Positions 1-14,952 of a stretch of 64,000 nt of DNA are shown here, piece by piece. The DNA comes from Adineta vaga. Its lineage: Eukaryota > Animalia > Rotifera. The stretch is from contig CP075496.1 of the NCBI GenBank assembly GCA_021613535.1, positions 1,240,001 through 1,304,000 of the forward strand, given 5' to 3'. A model generated the notes under the pieces. That model was given only the letters and a program-made list of their open reading frames with translations, did no database searches and was not told the origin of the DNA. Position numbers and translations under genes: made by a program. Positions within the stretch are counted from its first letter, which is position 1. Every line of letters starts with the position of its first letter.

Positions 1-715
1 GTTTTTCTTTTCTCAGATGAAAAGAAAATATATCTTATCAGTTTCTTGTTTATGTTCTACCTGCGTATTTTGTGTACCAACTGTCTGTTTACGTATTTAC
101 AATGGTTTGATAAAAGAAAATCTGTTACTCTATTTTATAAATCATACTAAAGTCTTCGTAACCATTTATATCAATGAATATACTTTTATCAGGATAAAAA
201 GAGAACATATGTTGTAGAGAAATAATCACAATGAAAATATGTTTTAGTCAAGTAGAATAAATTGATGATGTCAATTGATTGAAAACAAAGCATTCATCTT
301 TAGAAGAAAAAAAAAGAATTTTGTTATCTCTGTATCAAATTTCTCTTGAAAGCAAAAACTATATTTGTAAGTAGGCGAATATATCTTCTTTTTTTCTCAT
401 CTCTGGCATTTAGTAGATGTTGAAAAGAGAAAGAGAGAAAGCAGAAGGAAGAAAATCGATGGATCATCGTTTCTCTCGTTTTCTTTCATGAGAGAAGAGA
501 AGAGAAGAGAAGAGAAAAAAACTGAAAAACGAGACTACATCGGGCAAAAAAAAAGAAGCAGATGAGAATCTTGTTCGTTGTCTGTTAATAATAATGACGA
601 TAATGATAATGTTTTCTGTAATAAACTATACCATTGAGACATTTTCGGAGATTATTTTCTTACTGACTGGTCTATATAACAAAGATTCCGTTTTTATTTT
701 TAGATAAAAAGTTAC

Positions 716-2630
716 ATGACACACACATCGATCAATGCTTCTGCTCTAATAAATGGAACAAGCAATAAAATGTCGACGTTAATTGCGATTGAACAATATA
801 TGTCAATTTATGGTCCGTTTGTTTTAACAACTCTCGGAATAATTGGTAATATTCTTTCAATCTTAATCTTTTTATCACCTAGATATCGTCGTCAATCATC
901 ACATTTTTATCTTCTCTCACTTGCATTATCTGATCTATGTTTTCTTATTATAAACCTAATTGAAGATACATTTCGTAATCATAATGAATTATATCATTCA
1001 CGTATAAATATTCTTGATCGAAGTTCAACAATAATTTGTATACTCGTTCAATATGCACGAAATACAACACGTTTATTATCATCATGGATTATTGTTGCAT
1101 TTACAATTGAACGTCTTCTCGTGGTATTTTATCCATTAAAACGAGCGATTATTTGTCGAAGAAAGATTGCTCGTTGCGTTGTTCTACTTCTTTTTCTTGC
1201 ATGTATTTTAATTAATTTCAATGTACCATTACATTATGGAATAATTAAAGCTTCTGATCTACCAGACGAAAAAGAAACAATCTGTGATATTATACCGATA
1301 CTTCGTTCGATTTATATGAGATTTGCGATTGGTTCAATGATTGCTGTATATTTAGTACCTATGTGTATAATTACGATTATTAATATGCTTATTTGTTGTA
1401 AATTATGGAGTAAAAGTTTATTAACAGAAAAAGATGAAAACAAAAAATGCTCAAATCGAAAGTAAATTGATTTCGAAATGAATTTTTAATGATTTGTATT
1501 TTTGTTTCTTGTTAGAATTCAATTGAAACATTCTCGTCGTCGATTTTATCTCTCAGATTTTGTATCATGTTTACATCCATCTTCATCTTTCTCTTCCTCA
1601 TCAAATAATTTCAAAGATATTGAACAATTTAACAAATCACATAATTCATCATCAAACCAATATCCATTAAGTCGACCTTTGATACTCAATGAACTAAGCA
1701 CGTCCCAGGTAGAATATTTTCTTCAACAATCTAAGATTGTCTAATAATATGTTTCGACATAATAATATATATAAGAATATTCAAATTCTTATTGACAGAA
1801 TTTGCTTTAGGCAATTCATATTTGTAAAGTTGACAGAAAGGAAAATTATCTGCCTTTTCATGATTAGGAAGAACTCAGACGCCTACATTGTCACTTGTTC
1901 TGTTACAAACAAGGTCGATATTCGAAAGAGATACAATTTCTTTTCTTTTTCTTCTTCTTCTTCTTCTCATAAACAAATGAAGAATATTAATGATAGTTTT
2001 ATTTGAATTCATAGCAAGATAGTCTTTGCTTTTAAAGAAATTAAATTTCAAAGTTAGACAGGACAATCAAAGAAAAGAATCTATAATATATTAAAAGAAA
2101 TTACATGTTGATAAATTGATTTGTTAATACAGGTTAACGGATGTCAATTGATTGATGAAACAGGAAGTCATTCAATGTCACGTTCATTATCAAATCCTTC
2201 ATTAAATTCTTCTCTACCAAGTAAACAATCATCAACAAATATGAAAAATTATATTCAAGCTCGAACAAATCGTGTAACACTTACTCTTCTACTTGTTTCC
2301 TGTTCATTTCTACTTTTAAATTCTCCTTATTGTGCTGTTTGGATCGCAAATTATATTCATGGATTTAATAATATGACTTTAAAATCAATCAAAGAAATCA
2401 CTGAATTATTCATGTTAACAAATTTTTCGATTAATTTCTTATTATATTGTGTTAGTGGTAAAGTATTTCGCGATGAACTTATGTATATTCTTCGATGTCA
2501 ATGGAAAGATTTATACAATAAACATGAAGTGAAGAAACCAGCTCATCTAAAATGTAATATTCAATTACAAGAATCGACACCGAAGTTTCGTACAACGAAA
2601 TTAACGACTAAATATTCTCCGAATCGATGA
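716..2630 (+). CDS. Class A (rhodopsin-like) peptide GPCR, FMRFamide/neuropeptide receptor-like; exons ~716-1461, 1516-1708, 2133-2630
   Basis: TM1 GIIGNILS, TM2 LALSDL, TM3 FTIERL, TM6 LLNSPY, TM7 NFSINFLLYC; GT-AG introns join the three ORFs in frame; long Ser-rich third intracellular loop. Confidence 0.9.
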
Positions 2631-3859
2631 AATTTCCTTTTTCTTTTTCTATGAATAAAGCATTCAAAAAAAACCCACATATGTTGTAATTTAATCTGAT
2701 CAAGTAAATGAATCTTTTGCTATTTATCTTGAATTCGTTCTGACAGAATGTACTTGTTAAAAATAACAAAGGAATACCAGATGAATTTCTTCGCTTCGTT
2801 GAATATATTATGTTACTATGAATATTCGCTTCAATTATAATCAAGAATCATTTCTGTACATGTCTGTCATTTTTACATACCTGAATAAATCTAAACTATC
2901 TTGATTATTTTGATATTTTCTTCATTTAGAATAATTATTAAGTAATGTAAATGAAAATTATAATTATCAATGTTAATTTATATAGACAGCGTAAATTTCC
3001 ATTGAAAAATATAAGTGTATGTATTCTATATTGACATGTTTAATGATATTTAGAAAATAATAATTCAATTATTTTTGATGATTTATATATATATATATAT
3101 ATGTGAAATACATCAATATAAAGACTTTTGTTTGTCTTATTTTGACTTCTGTCAGGAGAATTCTTCGAGAAATATCGTTCAAACACGCACATTTAGGTTT
3201 AAATTATCAACTGAAGTTAAACTTCCTTTTTTTTCTGTCAGCTTTCATAGAAATATCTATTTCTGATATTTAATTACGAATCAAAGATTGATATTCTGAA
3301 GAAATTTGGAATGTTGAAAGTCAAATGAAGATATTTGTTTTCAATTGAAATCATCCGTACAGTTAGAAATGACGTCAAAAGAAATTATTCATTAAGACAG
3401 GATTTCAACATGTGAATCTTGAACTTTCACGTGCTTAGAATCTAGGATAATTCATTACAAATCACTAGTCATTTGCTGGGAGGAGAGAAGAGAGAGAGAG
3501 ACGGGATAGAATTCTTCAACTTAAAATTAACACATAAAGATTCAATTCGTGTTAGTAAAGATTTGATAATCTGATCATGATAAAGATTAAGATAATATGT
3601 TTAATGAGTTTTGTCGTAAATTTAATTGAAAAACTTCAAGAGAATGTATTAACACTTTTGCGATTTGATACTACATGATTCACAAAAATGTTTTTCCAAC
3701 GAATACAGCTCAAATGCGAAGAGATAAAAAAAAGTGATTTTTATATCAAATGAATAAAGCTTGTTAACAACGGGATCTAGGAATATAACTGATGATTCAT
3801 AGGGTGATAATAGGCCATAGAATCACGGAAAAGTTTCAAGATTTAGGGTTATAACTGCT

Positions 3860-4241
3860 GATGTACTTCCATCGATAGTCAGCTATAAAAACTAAATGTT
3901 CTCAGAAAATTTCTTTGTTGGGTAGATTTTGTGGTGCCATCTTACACCGATCATTTTGGTAAAAAACATTTTAGATTTGACATATAAATGATGGTGCTCG
4001 AGTCGAAATACTAAAAAACATCAAACAGTTCTATTTACTAGAGCTACAATGTTTTTTTCAGTAGCCTGACTCGAGCACCGTCATTTACATGTCAAACCTA
4101 ATAAAATATTTTTACCAAAATGATCAGCGTAGATATAGCTCCACAAAGTCTGCTAGAGGAGGAAATTATTTGAGGATTTACTATTATTTATGACCGACTG
4201 ACTAATGTATATTGTAGTGCGAGCTATCGGTGGGTCACATC
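3860..4241. mobile_element. Foldback/palindromic non-autonomous element with ~160 bp imperfect inverted arms
   Basis: 3877-4033 aligns to the reverse complement of 4039-4199 (gatcattttggtaaaa / ttttaccaaaatgatc; ggtgctcgagtc / gactcgagcacc); outer arms 3860-3880 and 4221-4241 also pair. Confidence 0.75.
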
Positions 4242-5418
4242 TCCGCGAAAGAGTTAATTTTGTAGGAACAAATCAGAAACATATTTATTGTACAGAAAAT
4301 TTCTTCTGAAATTTATCAAAAATAAACTGAAAGTTTTATAATTAATTTCAAATCTTCAAAAAAACAGTTTACATCTTTGCATTTTACCTTGGTTTTTCAT
4401 AATCGACGAATAAACCTCGTATTTGATGTCCTTAGTTTTATCAACAAACTATAGTTATTGATATTGTCACTCGTCAATGCTTGAGAAATATAATTACATT
4501 GTTGTAAACAGAGCATAATCTATATTGTTATTTAGCACTAGGATTCAGATAATCATTGAAAGAATGACGAATCAAATCAAAAACTTGTTAGACTAGTAAA
4601 TTATGATGAGAAGTCAAAGGAAAAAATATTTCGTCAGAGAATAAAGGTCATTACATTGTTTACTAGTGGAGTTGTGACACTCTCATGTAAATGAAGGGAT
4701 AAAAGCTATTTCCATAAATTTTTTTATGTAATCTTTCAGATAAATTTATGAATGTGAATAGAGATGTACAACATTTGATTTCAACACGTATATCTAATAG
4801 TTGTTTTAAAGATGACGATGTGAATGAAATCGTATCATAGTAAGGAAATATAAACATGATACGCACATTTGGTATGAAATTCTATTTAGTTTGGTACTTT
4901 CTATATTTCTGATAGAATTCTGATTTAGCTATTGTCTAAAAGTTCCTCAATGATTGACTTATAGTAAAATCACAAGTTGTATATCATCAAATTTTTGGAA
5001 TAGGATCATGTCTTTTTATTGAATAGAGTGTGACACATGTTCGTCATATACTCATTGGTGGTCTTTTCGTGACCTGTTTGTTTATTTACTTTTCCTTTTC
5101 CTACTAAAGGGTATAGGGGCGTTACATTGAGTATTCTTTATCGAATGGATACGTTCTTCTTGTTCTGTTGGTCCACTAGCCAATCATTCTCTAACGACAT
5201 CATTGGTTATTTTTTTCCTCTCTCTTTTATATTTCCTGTCGCTGGTTGCATCTGCCGAGATATGATTCTTTCTTTCTTTCCTTCGTTCTGTGTTCTTCTT
5301 TCTAACCCACAACAAACTATCGCAGAAGCACAACAATCGTTAAAAAAATAAAAGTATAAAAAATTGTTTGTCTTTTATCAATTATAAAAAAGGTTAAAAT
5401 CATCCAGTACGAACAAAG

Positions 5419-8400
5419 ATGAGTGGTGACGATCATCATCATCATCATCATCATCCACACATACCTAAAGTTTTTGATAAATTATCAAATAAAATTTCCA
5501 ATCTTAAAGAAGACATTGTCGAAGCCGTTCGAGATCGAACACATTCAACATCATCCGATCGTCGAAGTTCAATATCGAGTGATAATATGTCTGTTAATTT
5601 ATCTAGTGTATCATTTGCATTACATGATGATAAACCATCGATAGATCTTGGTACGAAATCATCGCTCAAAAGTTATGGTATGTAAAAAACAAAACTATTT
5701 TTAAATGCATTGCGTACTGAGTGAACTCGAGAAAGAAAGAAATTGAAAACTGAGATTTTGATCAAGTAAATGGATTCTAATCAATATTCTATTTTATAGT
5801 TGAGTATTCCAATGATCGATAACAATAAATCTCAGACGAAAAAATTTGAAATGATGATTTATTGATTAGTAATCAATGATGATAATAGGTAGAGGTATTT
5901 TGTTTAGTTTAGATTATATTTCAACGAATATTTCGATTGATATTAACTAGTTTTTCTGTTATTGAAAAATTAGTTGTGTGAAAAAAACAAAACTAATTCG
6001 CATGTTAAATCTCTGTTTGACTTAGTATAGATCATCTATCGTTCTTGTATTAATAGTCTAGTATTATTATTTATTCTATATAGATACTACATCATTGGCG
6101 TCAGTTCATTCAACCGCATCTGTTGCTTCGACAACCAGCAGTATTCCACAACGTCATACAATTGATCAATTAGCATTAAATATGGGTTTTGGCGGTATAA
6201 AACCAAATATTTCCAATCCATCGAATATATCAACAACATCTACTTCATCACCATCACCTTTAATAAATACTGCTAATCCTATTTTTCAACCTGTTTTAAC
6301 ACCTTCAAGTTCAGTTCAAACATTTAATTCATCAGATAAGCTATCATTGCATCGAGAAGATTCCAATGAAACAGAAGATGAACTTAAAGAACGTACAATC
6401 ACAAAGATTGATCCTGAAGAAATGCTTGCTAAACCTACTGTTGTAACAGTACAAAAAGATCCTGTTCGACGTGCAGCTACGTTATTAGCTGGACCGAAAT
6501 TTCGTTTAAATACTAATGAACTTCCAAAAGAAAATGTTCCAATCAGTATTGATGCTTTTTATTCCGTTGCAGTAAGAATTTATTTGACAATCTTCTCATG
6601 AAAATTCTATTTTCTCTTTCAAATAGATTGTTGTTGGAATTGTTTCTTTAATAATTGTATTATGGAAACCAATATCATCGTATTTTTCTGGTGTATTAGT
6701 TGGTTGTTTATTTGCGGGTGCATTATTCTATATATTTATTCGAACATTTATCAATAAAAAAATTGAAGAAAATGGTATTGAAGAATGGGTGGATTTTCCT
6801 GCATTGGAAGCGATGCTTGCCAAATGTGACAAAGAAGATAAGAATACCAATATTCAAGTATGTTTTTTTCTTATTCGAAAACTTTTCAATATTGTTTTCT
6901 TCTAGGTCACAGGTGCATCGATTGCATTTCAATGTTATGATGCTGATCGTGATGATGATTTTGCTCGTTATCCATGTGATATTCGTCTTGATGGATATCG
7001 ACTTATAATTCAACTTGCAAGTAAACAATGGAATGACGAAAAGAAAACGGATAAAGACATGAAATTTATTGGTTATAGAGAATATTTAGTCAAAGGTAAA
7101 GATTTCCTTTGCTAAATATGACTTTTTTTCCGAAATGTATATGAATGTTTTCTTTTTATAGAAGCTCGAATGATTCTCGTACCAGAAGCAACATTAACAC
7201 GTGCAAAATATTGGATGAATGAATATCCAATAATTCTTCAAGATTTACAAATTCTCGATAAGCAAATTCATAATAAACAACAATTAGAAAAATCAAAACT
7301 TGATACGAATGATTTCTTTACAAATACAGCTACAACTCTTTCAATTTGGTTTGAAACAAGTCCACAAAAAGAAGAATGGTTTCATAAGTTCGTATTTTAA
7401 ATTCGAAAATTTTTCTCGAAAATATTTTCGATCATTTTAGACTTTCATTAACTTTACGTAAAGGAAAAGAAGATATCGAACGAACAAATAATCTTATGGC
7501 TGGATCGAATTCTTCCCTTTCATCATTAGGTTCAAGTTCAACACTCTATCGTCGTTTAGCTCAAACTGATGCTGATACTGAACTCGTTCCAAATCCAGTT
7601 ACCGAATCGGAAATTCAAGCTGCAGTTAACGAAACACAAATCAATGCCGAAGAATTACAAGAAAAAGCGAAAGTATGTTGATTGTTTTCTTTTTCAAACA
7701 AGTTCTCTATTGTAATGATCAGAATACATTCTATTGAGTTGATAATCGAGAGTTAATTTCCTATAGTTTCAGAAATCTAATCTTTCTCAACGTACTAATT
7801 CCTTATCGGTATGTAAACTTTCACAATATCCTTTCACACAAATGTCAAGTGTAGATTTTGAATATTGTTTCTTGTATAAAATCATATAATTGTTTTCTAG
7901 ATTGTTGAACCGGAGAATGAAGAACTCGATGCTAGTGGAACACATCGAACAGCAGCAAGAAAATCAAAGAAATCAACTCCAAATGAAGCTTCTTTACAAA
8001 AAGTTCTTCAATCACCTGAATGTTTAGATGAAGCTGCTATAACGATTAATTTTCTAACTCGTCGATTACTTTGCGATATGTTTGATATACCTATTTTTAA
8101 AGATTTAATCAAAACAAAAGTCGAAATGAAATTAAAAGAAGTTGCTGTATGTTATTCGAATAAAAGCGAATTGTTTTCTTTCAAACTTTATCTTTTCTAG
8201 GTTAAAATTTTAAAAGATCTTCGTGTAACATCGATTGATATTGGAAATACATTTCCAGTTATTTTAAAAATTGAACCAATGCAATGGAATACACAAGGCA
8301 TTTGGTTTAATTTATTTGTTTATTATCGTGGAAATTTCAAGTAAATCGATTTATTCAAGACAAATTTTCATTTGGTTTATTCAATTTTTTATTTAGATTA

Positions 8401-9423
8401 TCCGTAAGAACACGTGTTTTACTTCAAAAATTAATTAATTTTGATCCGAAAAAACATAAACCAATCTTTGCTCAACATCATTCAGCACAACTTGTTCATA
8501 AAGATGACGAACGAATTGATGAAGATGATTTAGTACAACGACAAAAACTTTTAGCAAAAGAACCAGAAATTCCTGAAATGTAAGTTAAACGAAATCTATT
8601 CAAGAAATAACGAGATATTCATCTTTATAATTTAGGGCTGTTACCCGTAAAGTTGGTTTAGCATTGACAAACTTAGCATTGAATAAATACTTTCAAATGT
8701 TTGCAAATATTCCATTTATTAAAAAATTATTCGAGAAATTTTCGGAACAGGACACTGGAGCTGATGTAGAAGTAACTGGTTTTAGTGGAGTACTTACCGT
8801 AAGTTGAAAGAGTGAAGAATTTCTTCATATATAATCTTCTTTTTGTTTTAGTTGAACATTCCTCCACCGCCAAGCGATCGAATTTGGTAAAGAATATTTT
8901 CTCATTTGAATTTTTCTATTTTTATCATTGTTATTCTTCTTGTTTAGGGTTGGTTTTTCAGAAATGCCTGATATTAGCATTAAAGTAGTGCCTGTCTACG
9001 GTGAAAATCAATATGCATATACATTACTTCAAGATTTCTTATCTGCAAAAGTTCGAGCGGAATTAAAGGTTTGAAAAAATTTCATTTTTTCTGGAAAAAT
9101 TAATTTCTGATTTTTAAGCGACTTGTCGTCTTACCAGCAATGGATGATCAACTTCTACCATTCTTTCGAGATTGGGCAATTGATATTATGTAAGTTATGC
9201 GATAAAAACTTCTAATCCATCATCATCATCATTTCTTCGATTTTCTAGTGGAGAAATTGTGTCTAAACCAATTAATCCAACAACAGATAATTATAAAGCG
9301 AAATTAAATGCTCATGCATCCGTTCGTGCTGGCTTAGATGAATACAATACGATAAAAGATACGAAAAAATCAACACCACCAACATCTACGGTAGCTGCTG
9401 GTCTCGAGTCAACTCGTCTCTAA
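5419..9423 (+). CDS. TEX2: TEX2/Nvj2-like ER lipid-transfer protein (TM, PH-like, SMP domain), multi-exon
   Basis: Hydrophobic segment near 6570-6740; PH C-terminal helix WFETSPQKEEWFHK; SMP start INFLTRRLLCD; signature LNIPPPPSDRIWVGFSEMPDISIKVVP and VVLPAMDD. Confidence 0.85.
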
Positions 9424-10887
9424 TCACGTTTATGTACCTTTCTTTCGATAACATTAGTCTTTTGATTATTATAAGCAAGCTCTTTTTTCTTATGTATATA
9501 CATGATTGAATTATTATTAAACAAGCTGAGAACTTTTAAAACGAAGAGAAAATGAATAAATGTTTTAATTAAATGAATCAAATATCAAATAGAATTATTC
9601 GCTCATGCCTAATTTATGAAAGGAATTCTAATTTAGTTTCTTTCAATAGCATTACAATAATGTTCTTTTGCGCTCATTTTTTGACTGAATCAGTCACATT
9701 GCTTTCAACACGAGATTCTCACCTGGTTGCGTGTTTTCATTTCACGGTTAAAAATATATGCGTGAAAATTGTGATGAGTCAATATTACCTTTTCAACCTT
9801 AACTTTGTTTTGAGTTTTTTCTATGATGTCGAATAATAATACTCGTAAACGTACGAATAAAACTAAGGATGTGAGTGTGCTTGTACATGTTGATGAAGGT
9901 GGTTGTGGGTACTAGATCTATCTAACACCCACACCCTCAGAGAAAATTATACAGTAAAATGTGGTAACCGATTAAAGGGAAAATACGGAAACGATTACGG
10001 AGGTACGAATGGAAGAAATCTATTGATTGAAAATAAAACATAGAAACCATTCGTTTTAACAGAGAAGAGTAGTTACTTTGTTTCTTCTGTCGACTTCTGA
10101 CAATAGGATTTAGAGGCTGCTAATGTTTTCTTTACTTACTTAGAACAAAAACAAAAACAATGAATGTTGAATGTGTCGAAGAATATTGTATCGTGCTCTA
10201 CAGTAGTCGTCAATTGTGAAATCATTCCATGTACAGAGTATTTTTTTCTCTTTTGGTGATTTTTCCAAGCATCAATCAATATTTTTAGTACATGTAATTA
10301 TACAGTATCTTTTCTCTTTCTTCTACTGGTTTTTTTCCTATTAAAAGTCAATATTTATCCTTGAGTAATATTGTTCGAGTACGTCACGTACTTTCTTCGC
10401 TCTTTTGCAGTATCTTTTTGTCTTCTAATCGTTCTTTATTCTCTATACATAAGATTCTTCTTTTTCTTTTAGTAAAAATTTAAGAAAATAATAAGTTTCT
10501 TCAGGTACACGCACCTACAAAGTTATTTTTTTTATCTGCCCGTTAACACCAGTTTCGTTTTTAATGTTTCTCATTATTTTTTCTTTTAGCATATTACGAT
10601 AAGAAACATATTCACACTATCTTTATATATTAAAATATTGACAAGTTCCATCCGAAGAAAAATCCAATGATAGAATCTGGTAATAGTGATAACGCAGCAA
10701 ATCCTTTTAGTAATATCTGATCAGTATTCCAAAATAAGAATAATTTGTGAACATACATTGAAACATATTCATGATGCATCCAGTATTGCAATGATACTGT
10801 ATATGTTAAAAATTCGAGTCATTTTGTGAGAAAGATTTTTTATATAAATAAACGAGCCTTATGTATATTGTTTTTTTCTTCTCTTGA

Positions 10888-11932
10888 TCAATTTTTATTC
10901 ATTACTGTTGTTTTTCTATTCGTTTGTATTGTTGCTATTGGTCTAACTGATATTTGAGGACGATGAAAAACTACAGCCAAATCGCGCCATATTCCAAAAA
11001 GACAAACAAAAGGACAAAGAGTAGTTGTTAGAAAAGGTGAATAAATAAAATATTCAAAGAAAAGCATAAATGCATATGGTGATTGATTATTTGTATATGT
11101 ATTAATTTGTCCAGAAACTAAAAATGGTATCCAACATATGGCATAAAGACATGCCACACTGATCAATTGTAAGAACATTCGAGCATTTTTGGACCAAAGT
11201 CGTGTTTGTTGCATTCGATGTTTTTGTTGTAGAACTCGAATTGTTAGAATAATATTTGCAATGACAAGAATACACATTGGTATACCAAGATCAGCAAACC
11301 AAGAAAAAACTTGCCAGAAAGGACTTTTCATATAACAAGGTGCACCACACCAATAAATAAAATAGATAAAATCATTTGTACATGGAAATAGAAAAACAAG
11401 AAAAATATTAAAAAATACTGGAAAAAGAAAACAACAAGTTAAAGGAATGTAACGAAGAATAACTTTGTATTTCTTTAATGAAGCTGAATGAAAAATGAAA
11501 AAATGCCTTTCAATACTTCCCACAGCCATAATCCAAAGACTAACACCAAACAGAGATGCACTGATAAAAGACCACCATTGACAAAATATCGGTGTCATGC
11601 TTGCAGTACGATTGAAATAAAGAAATACCAATGCTAATGGTATATCTAAAATTGCCTAGAGAAAGAAAAACCGATTAGGTGATGATGACGATTTAACAAA
11701 CCTGTATGAAATTGACGATGACTAAGCAAATAATGATGAAATTTGTATCTCGACGACGTATTTCACGCACACGAATGAATTGATAGAAGAGATAGATTGA
11801 ACATAGAAGTGATGGAATAAGTAAAGCAATTAGAAAACTGAAAATAATCATTCGACTTTTAGGAATTGAAAAAACGAATTCTTCTGTTGATGGATCAGAC
11901 ATCGCTGTAGTATTTTCCAGTAAAGATGACAT
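10888..11932 (-). CDS. Orphan class A GPCR, two exons (intron ~11657-11701)
   Basis: Seven hydrophobic segments, FCQWW extracellular loop 1, SIERH (DRY-like), CWIP in TM6, LCPFV in TM7. Confidence 0.85.
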
Positions 11933-12322
11933 TTTATGGAATATAATATTGAATGAATAACTCAGTGCTATCAGTAAAGATTTTTATAAAAATTAAATTC
12001 ACATGAAAAATATTAATTTGAAAGCAGATTATTTATTGACATCAAAATATAAGAAGATTTTCGATTAGGATAACAAATTACGATGTTTTAAATAAAGTTT
12101 AGGGAGATTATCGATGAATGTTAACTTAACTTCAACTCGAAAAAGGATCCTCCAAATCAGTGGATTTTTTTGCCATTCTATATTAATAACTAGGTTATTT
12201 CCCGGTCACCATGATAATACTAAGAATAAACGATGATGATTTAGCAGTTTTTTATCTCTTGCTTATAAAGAATGAGAAAATCTTCGTATATTTTATTACA
12301 ATTGTGTTTTTTTTCTCTCAAT

Positions 12323-13542
12323 ATGCGTTTATTTCTCATCTTTGCAGCTATTTTGGCTGTAGCACAAGCAGAAAGTACTAATCAAGATCGAAAAGATTGG
12401 AATTTATTTAAACATGTTCATAACAAATTGTATTCCAATAGACAAGAAGAACGATATCGGTATGAAAATAAAGAAATTAATTGAATTTTATTGTTTTGTT
12501 CTTCTCTTTCAGTTTTGGAATATTTCAAAAGAATTTAGCTATGATTAATAGACATAATTCAGAAGTTGAATTGGGTTTACATTCATATACACTTGGAATC
12601 AATCAATTTGCTGATATGGTATAATTATCAATTTGTTTTCTCGTTTATTCAATATCATTTTTCTAGACACACGATGAATTTGTTCAAACAATGTTAGGTG
12701 GAGTAAAAGTGCCTTCAGATCCATTAAAAAGACCCTTTGGACAACGATTTAATCCATCAGCAAATGTTGAAATACCAGAATCTGTCGGTAAATCGAATAG
12801 GAAGAGGATTCGTTGATTAATAGAATCATTTGATATGTATTTTAGATTGGAGAACAAAAGGTGCTGTAACTACAGTAATTGAAAATCAAGAACAATGTGG
12901 TTCATGTTGGGCATTTACAGCAACTGGTGCTTTAGAAGGTCAACATTTTCTTAAAACAGGAAAATTAGTTCGATTATCAGCACAAAATCTAATGGATTGT
13001 TCAGAGAAATTTGGTAATATGGGTTGTAATGGAGGATTAATGGATGCTTCATTTCAATATATTAAAGTTAATAAAGGTATAGATACAGCAGAGAGTTATC
13101 CTTATGAAGCACAACAAGGAAAATGTCGATTTAATCGAACAAATGTTGGTGCAACTGATACAGTTCGTATTGAATTTTCTAAAAAAAAGGAATCTCATTT
13201 GATTATTGTTAATCATAGGGTTTCGTTGATCTTCCTGCAGGAAATGAAACTGCCTTAGAAATTGGTATTGCTACGATTGGTCCAATTTCAGTTGCAATTG
13301 ATGCTTCCCAAAGTTCATTTCAATTTTATTCTTCTGGTGTTTATGATGAACCTAACTGTTCATCAACAAATATTGATCATTCATTTATTTTAGTTGGCTA
13401 TGGTACATATAATAATAAACAATATTATATTGCAAAAAATTCCTGGGGAGATAAATGGGGTAACAAAGGTTATATTTTAATGAGTCGAAATAAGAATAAT
13501 CAATGTGGTATTGCTAATATTGGTAGTTATCCTCTTGTTTAG
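12323..13542 (+). CDS. CTSL: Cathepsin L-like papain (C1A) cysteine protease preproprotein
   Basis: Signal peptide; ERFNIN and GINQFAD propeptide motifs; DWRTKGAV; QCGSCWAF; GCNGGLM; catalytic His in [11 protein letters not shown]; KNSWG; ends [12 protein letters not shown]. Confidence 0.95.
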
Positions 13543-13634
13543 AAAAAAGATTTTTGTTTAATAAAATTTCGAAGATATATTTGTTAAATGAAGAAAAAAA
13601 GAATGATCTATGACAAATAAATTCATTTTCTTTG

Positions 13635-14741
13635 TTATTGAAAGAAAATTGAAACGACATCGGGTTGTGGAACTGCATTTTCTGAATCCATTTTTCGTCT
13701 TTCTGCACCTGTCGGAATTTTTTTCCAATCAAATTGAGAATATTCCGTTAAACTTCGGCGTAATGCTCGTTGACGTACAGCATCATTTAACCAATCTCTA
13801 TTATTACAGACAATTCTTTTGAGATAGAAAAAAATCATCTACAACTTTACTCTTGTGATTTCTCATGAAGATCATTATCGTTCTTTCTTATTTTTGATAC
13901 AATTGTTGATGGTTTCTTCGGTAAACTTCGTTCTTGTTTGGGTTCAACATGAAACGAAAATCCAATTCGATTGAAAATTTTCTGTCGATCAGGATGACAA
14001 TCACTGAATGCTCGAACACGATCGATACTTGTAATTGCTTAGCAAAAGAAAAATATTTTCAGTCGACTAATAGGATCTATTCAACATACTTCTCCGATCA
14101 AGAATACGTAGTTTTGGAAATAAATCAAGCATTGTGGATTTATAACCTTGAACAAATGTTACTGGATTATCGAATAGATCTAAAAAGAAGTTTTTTTTAT
14201 TCGATAGAGAATTGACTGAATTACGTGTGTGTCTTACTGAGATCTTCAAGAGCACTTAAATGTCGTAATTCATAAGCGAGATTAGTTAGATTTGATATTT
14301 GATTATTTTGTAAATGAAGAACTCGAAGATTTTTCAATTGACGTAATGAACCTTGAAGATTTGATATATGATTATTTCCTGCATAGAGTTCAGCTAATGC
14401 ATAATTAGTTCGAAGAAATTCTAAATCTTGAAGATGATTTCCATCAATTGAAAGAGATGTCAAATTAGGAAATTGATCAAGTGATGGAATACTTCGAATA
14501 TTTCTATTAGAAAAAATGAATTCAATGTTCATTTTCATTACAATGTAAAGAACAAACCGATTGTTCAAATGAAGAGTGTTTACATCTTTTTTTATCAAAA
14601 CTTTCGAATTTTGTTTCTGTTCGGATAATTTCAAAGTCTACAATGAACGGAAAGTTATTTAAATATTGAAAATAAGTTAAATCTTACATCGATTAGTAAA
14701 GTTCCTTGGTCTTGATCACCATCGATCTTGACGCGAAGCAT
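13635..14741 (-). CDS. LRRC72-like leucine-rich repeat protein
   Basis: SDS22-type LRRs (LAELYAGNNHISNLQGSLRQLKNLRVLHLQNNQI) followed by LRRcap (LFDNPV...YKSTMLDLFPKLRILDRR); multi-exon. Confidence 0.7.
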
Positions 14742-14952
14742 TTTGGCAACTAAGCGACGTGTATAATAGCTTTTATAAGAGATGTTTTCATTATTAAAAA
14801 GCGACAACTAGCGTTGAAATTCATATATGAAGAAAATAAATCCACCAATGAGAAAATGAGATAAAGAATCAGATGAAACAAAGAAAATTTGCAATCGTAT
14901 TTATTGATCTTCTTTTAAAATTAATTTCTACATAAATCTGCATTCTTTCTCT

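Noticed and set aside
14744-14760. RFX X-box-like sequence (ggcaac) upstream of LRRC72-like
   Set aside because: Only a half-site, expected by chance
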